The notes below the pieces were generated by a model that saw nothing but the letters and a program-made list of their open reading frames with translations, was not told the origin of the DNA and searched no databases. A DNA stretch of 64,000 nt from Dehalococcoidia bacterium (lineage in GTDB: Bacteria > Chloroflexota > Dehalococcoidia > Lucifugimonadales > Australimonadaceae), in contig CBDHDB010000002.1 in the NCBI GenBank assembly GCA_965261385.1, positions 1,850,314 through 1,914,313 of the forward strand. The letters run 5' to 3'. Positions 63,358 through 64,000 of the stretch are shown here, in pieces (positions within the stretch are counted from its first letter, which is position 1; each line of letters begins with the position of its first letter). Made by a program: the position numbers and the translations under genes.

Positions 63358-64000
63358 CTAACGGTTCAACGCCGTCTCCGCCGAGGTGATGAACTCCAGC
63401 AGCGCCGCCCGCCCCTCCTCGGTGGCGCGGCGGGCGCGGAGGATGGCGGGCCCGACCTCGGCGGGGTCCTCGACACGTTCGGCCCAGCCGCCCAGCGAGC
63501 GGGCTAGGTCCGCGTAGTTGCCGCTCACGTCGCGCGTGCCGTATTTCTCATGGGAGCCAATGAGGCGCCTGGTCTCGATGGCCATGGTGGAGTTGTTCGA
63601 TACGATCGTGATGATAGGAATGCCGTTGCGCACGGCGGTCTCGAAATCGAGGCCGGTCATGCCGAACGCGGCATCGCCCATCCAGTTGATGCAGACCTTG
63701 TCTGGGGCGGCGAGCTTGGCGCCCATTGCGAAGCCGAGGCCGGTGCCGAGGGCGTGGGACTTGCCCCAGCCGATGTAGCTGCGCGGGCCCGACGACCGGT
63801 AGAACGGGACCATCTGGTCGCGCGGACTGCCTGAGTCATGGGTGACGACGGCCTCGTCCGCGGGAATGACGCGGTTCAGCTCCCAGACGACCCGATACGG
63901 ATTGATTGGAGCGTCCTGCGATTCGAGCTTGCCGCGCCACGCGTCGACCCACGCGTCGTACGCGGCGGCGATCTCCGCCTCGACCGCCTCGCGTCGCCCG
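63358..64000 (-). CDS. thiamine-pyrophosphate-dependent enzyme (acetolactate-synthase-like), C-terminal part; 5' end outside the window
   Basis: GWGKSHALGTGLGFAMGAKLA...MGDAAFGMTGLDFETAVRNGIPIITIVSNN is a TPP-binding motif. The frame stays open upstream of Met 63813 to the window edge (...INPYRVVWELNRVIP...). Confidence 0.8.
   Translation of the reverse strand, partial: GRREAVEAEIAAAYDAWVDAWRGKLESQDAPINPYRVVWELNRVIPADEAVVTHDSGSPRDQMVPFYRSSGPRSYIGWGKSHALGTGLGFAMGAKLAAPDKVCINWMGDAAFGMTGLDFETAVRNGIPIITIVSNNSTMAIETRRLIGSHEKYGTRDVSGNYADLARSLGGWAERVEDPAEVGPAILRARRATEEGRAALLEFITSAETALNR

Noticed and set aside
1-64000. tRNA, rRNA, tmRNA, known riboswitches
   Set aside because: I saw no cloverleaf-compatible segments with GTTCGAATC-type T-loops, no rRNA-like stretches, and no TPP, SAM or cobalamin riboswitch core motifs in the intergenic regions I read. 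This was a by-eye check only. tRNAscan-SE and Rfam should confirm it.

Overview
High-G+C (about 65-70%) bacterial chromosomal window, densely packed with catabolic and transport genes: amidase, four Amidohydrolase_2 enzymes, LLM/F420-type oxidoreductases, SDRs, five MFS permeases, a TTT transporter, lutABC, aroA-gmk and rluB-orn. Lipoproteins with Pro/Thr-rich linkers and the F420/LLM content suggest a Chloroflexota/SAR202-like or actinobacterial organism, but that is inference only. I saw no rRNA, tRNA or CRISPR array. All family assignments come from motifs I recognise by eye; no searches were run.

Features the ORF track does not explain:
- **Selenoprotein candidate.** Two same-frame ORFs (21157-21627 and 21652-22335) read as one GrdB/PrdB-family protein through an in-frame UGA (T-U-P-N-C-T). 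A SECIS-like hairpin lies 12 nt downstream.
- **Insertion sequence.** A complete 1425-bp IS66-family (single-ORF type) element has 17-bp inverted repeats and a perfect 8-bp target-site duplication. It sits in the lutA/aldo-keto-reductase intergenic region.
- **TTT transporter array.** Four tandem divergent TctC-like lipoprotein genes each carry their own conserved TTGACA-N17/18-TAGGGT-like promoter and GC-rich terminator hairpin. They lie next to an 848-aa TctA with a large extra membrane domain.
- **Low-G+C patches.** One (about 12.7-16.4 kb) carries a sulfatase-fold enzyme with Thr in place of the formylglycine Cys/Ser, a methyltransferase, a kinase-like phosphotransferase and a decayed sulfatase copy. 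Others carry an EcsC-like gene, a Peptidase_MA-like/plant-type LRR lipoprotein, and an XRE-HTH/NYN-like fusion.
- **Fused RidA protein.** A tightly packed operon encodes a protein that looks like three fused RidA domains, together with a split ComDE-like TPP decarboxylase.
- **Broken reading frames.** Four genes are interrupted, three of them at homopolymer runs. This could be assembly error or real decay.
- **Toxin-antitoxin modules.** brnTA is intact; hicAB is decayed.
- **Repeat tail.** The RluB-like protein ends in a 25-unit pentapeptide-repeat tail encoded partly by three perfect 45-bp repeats.
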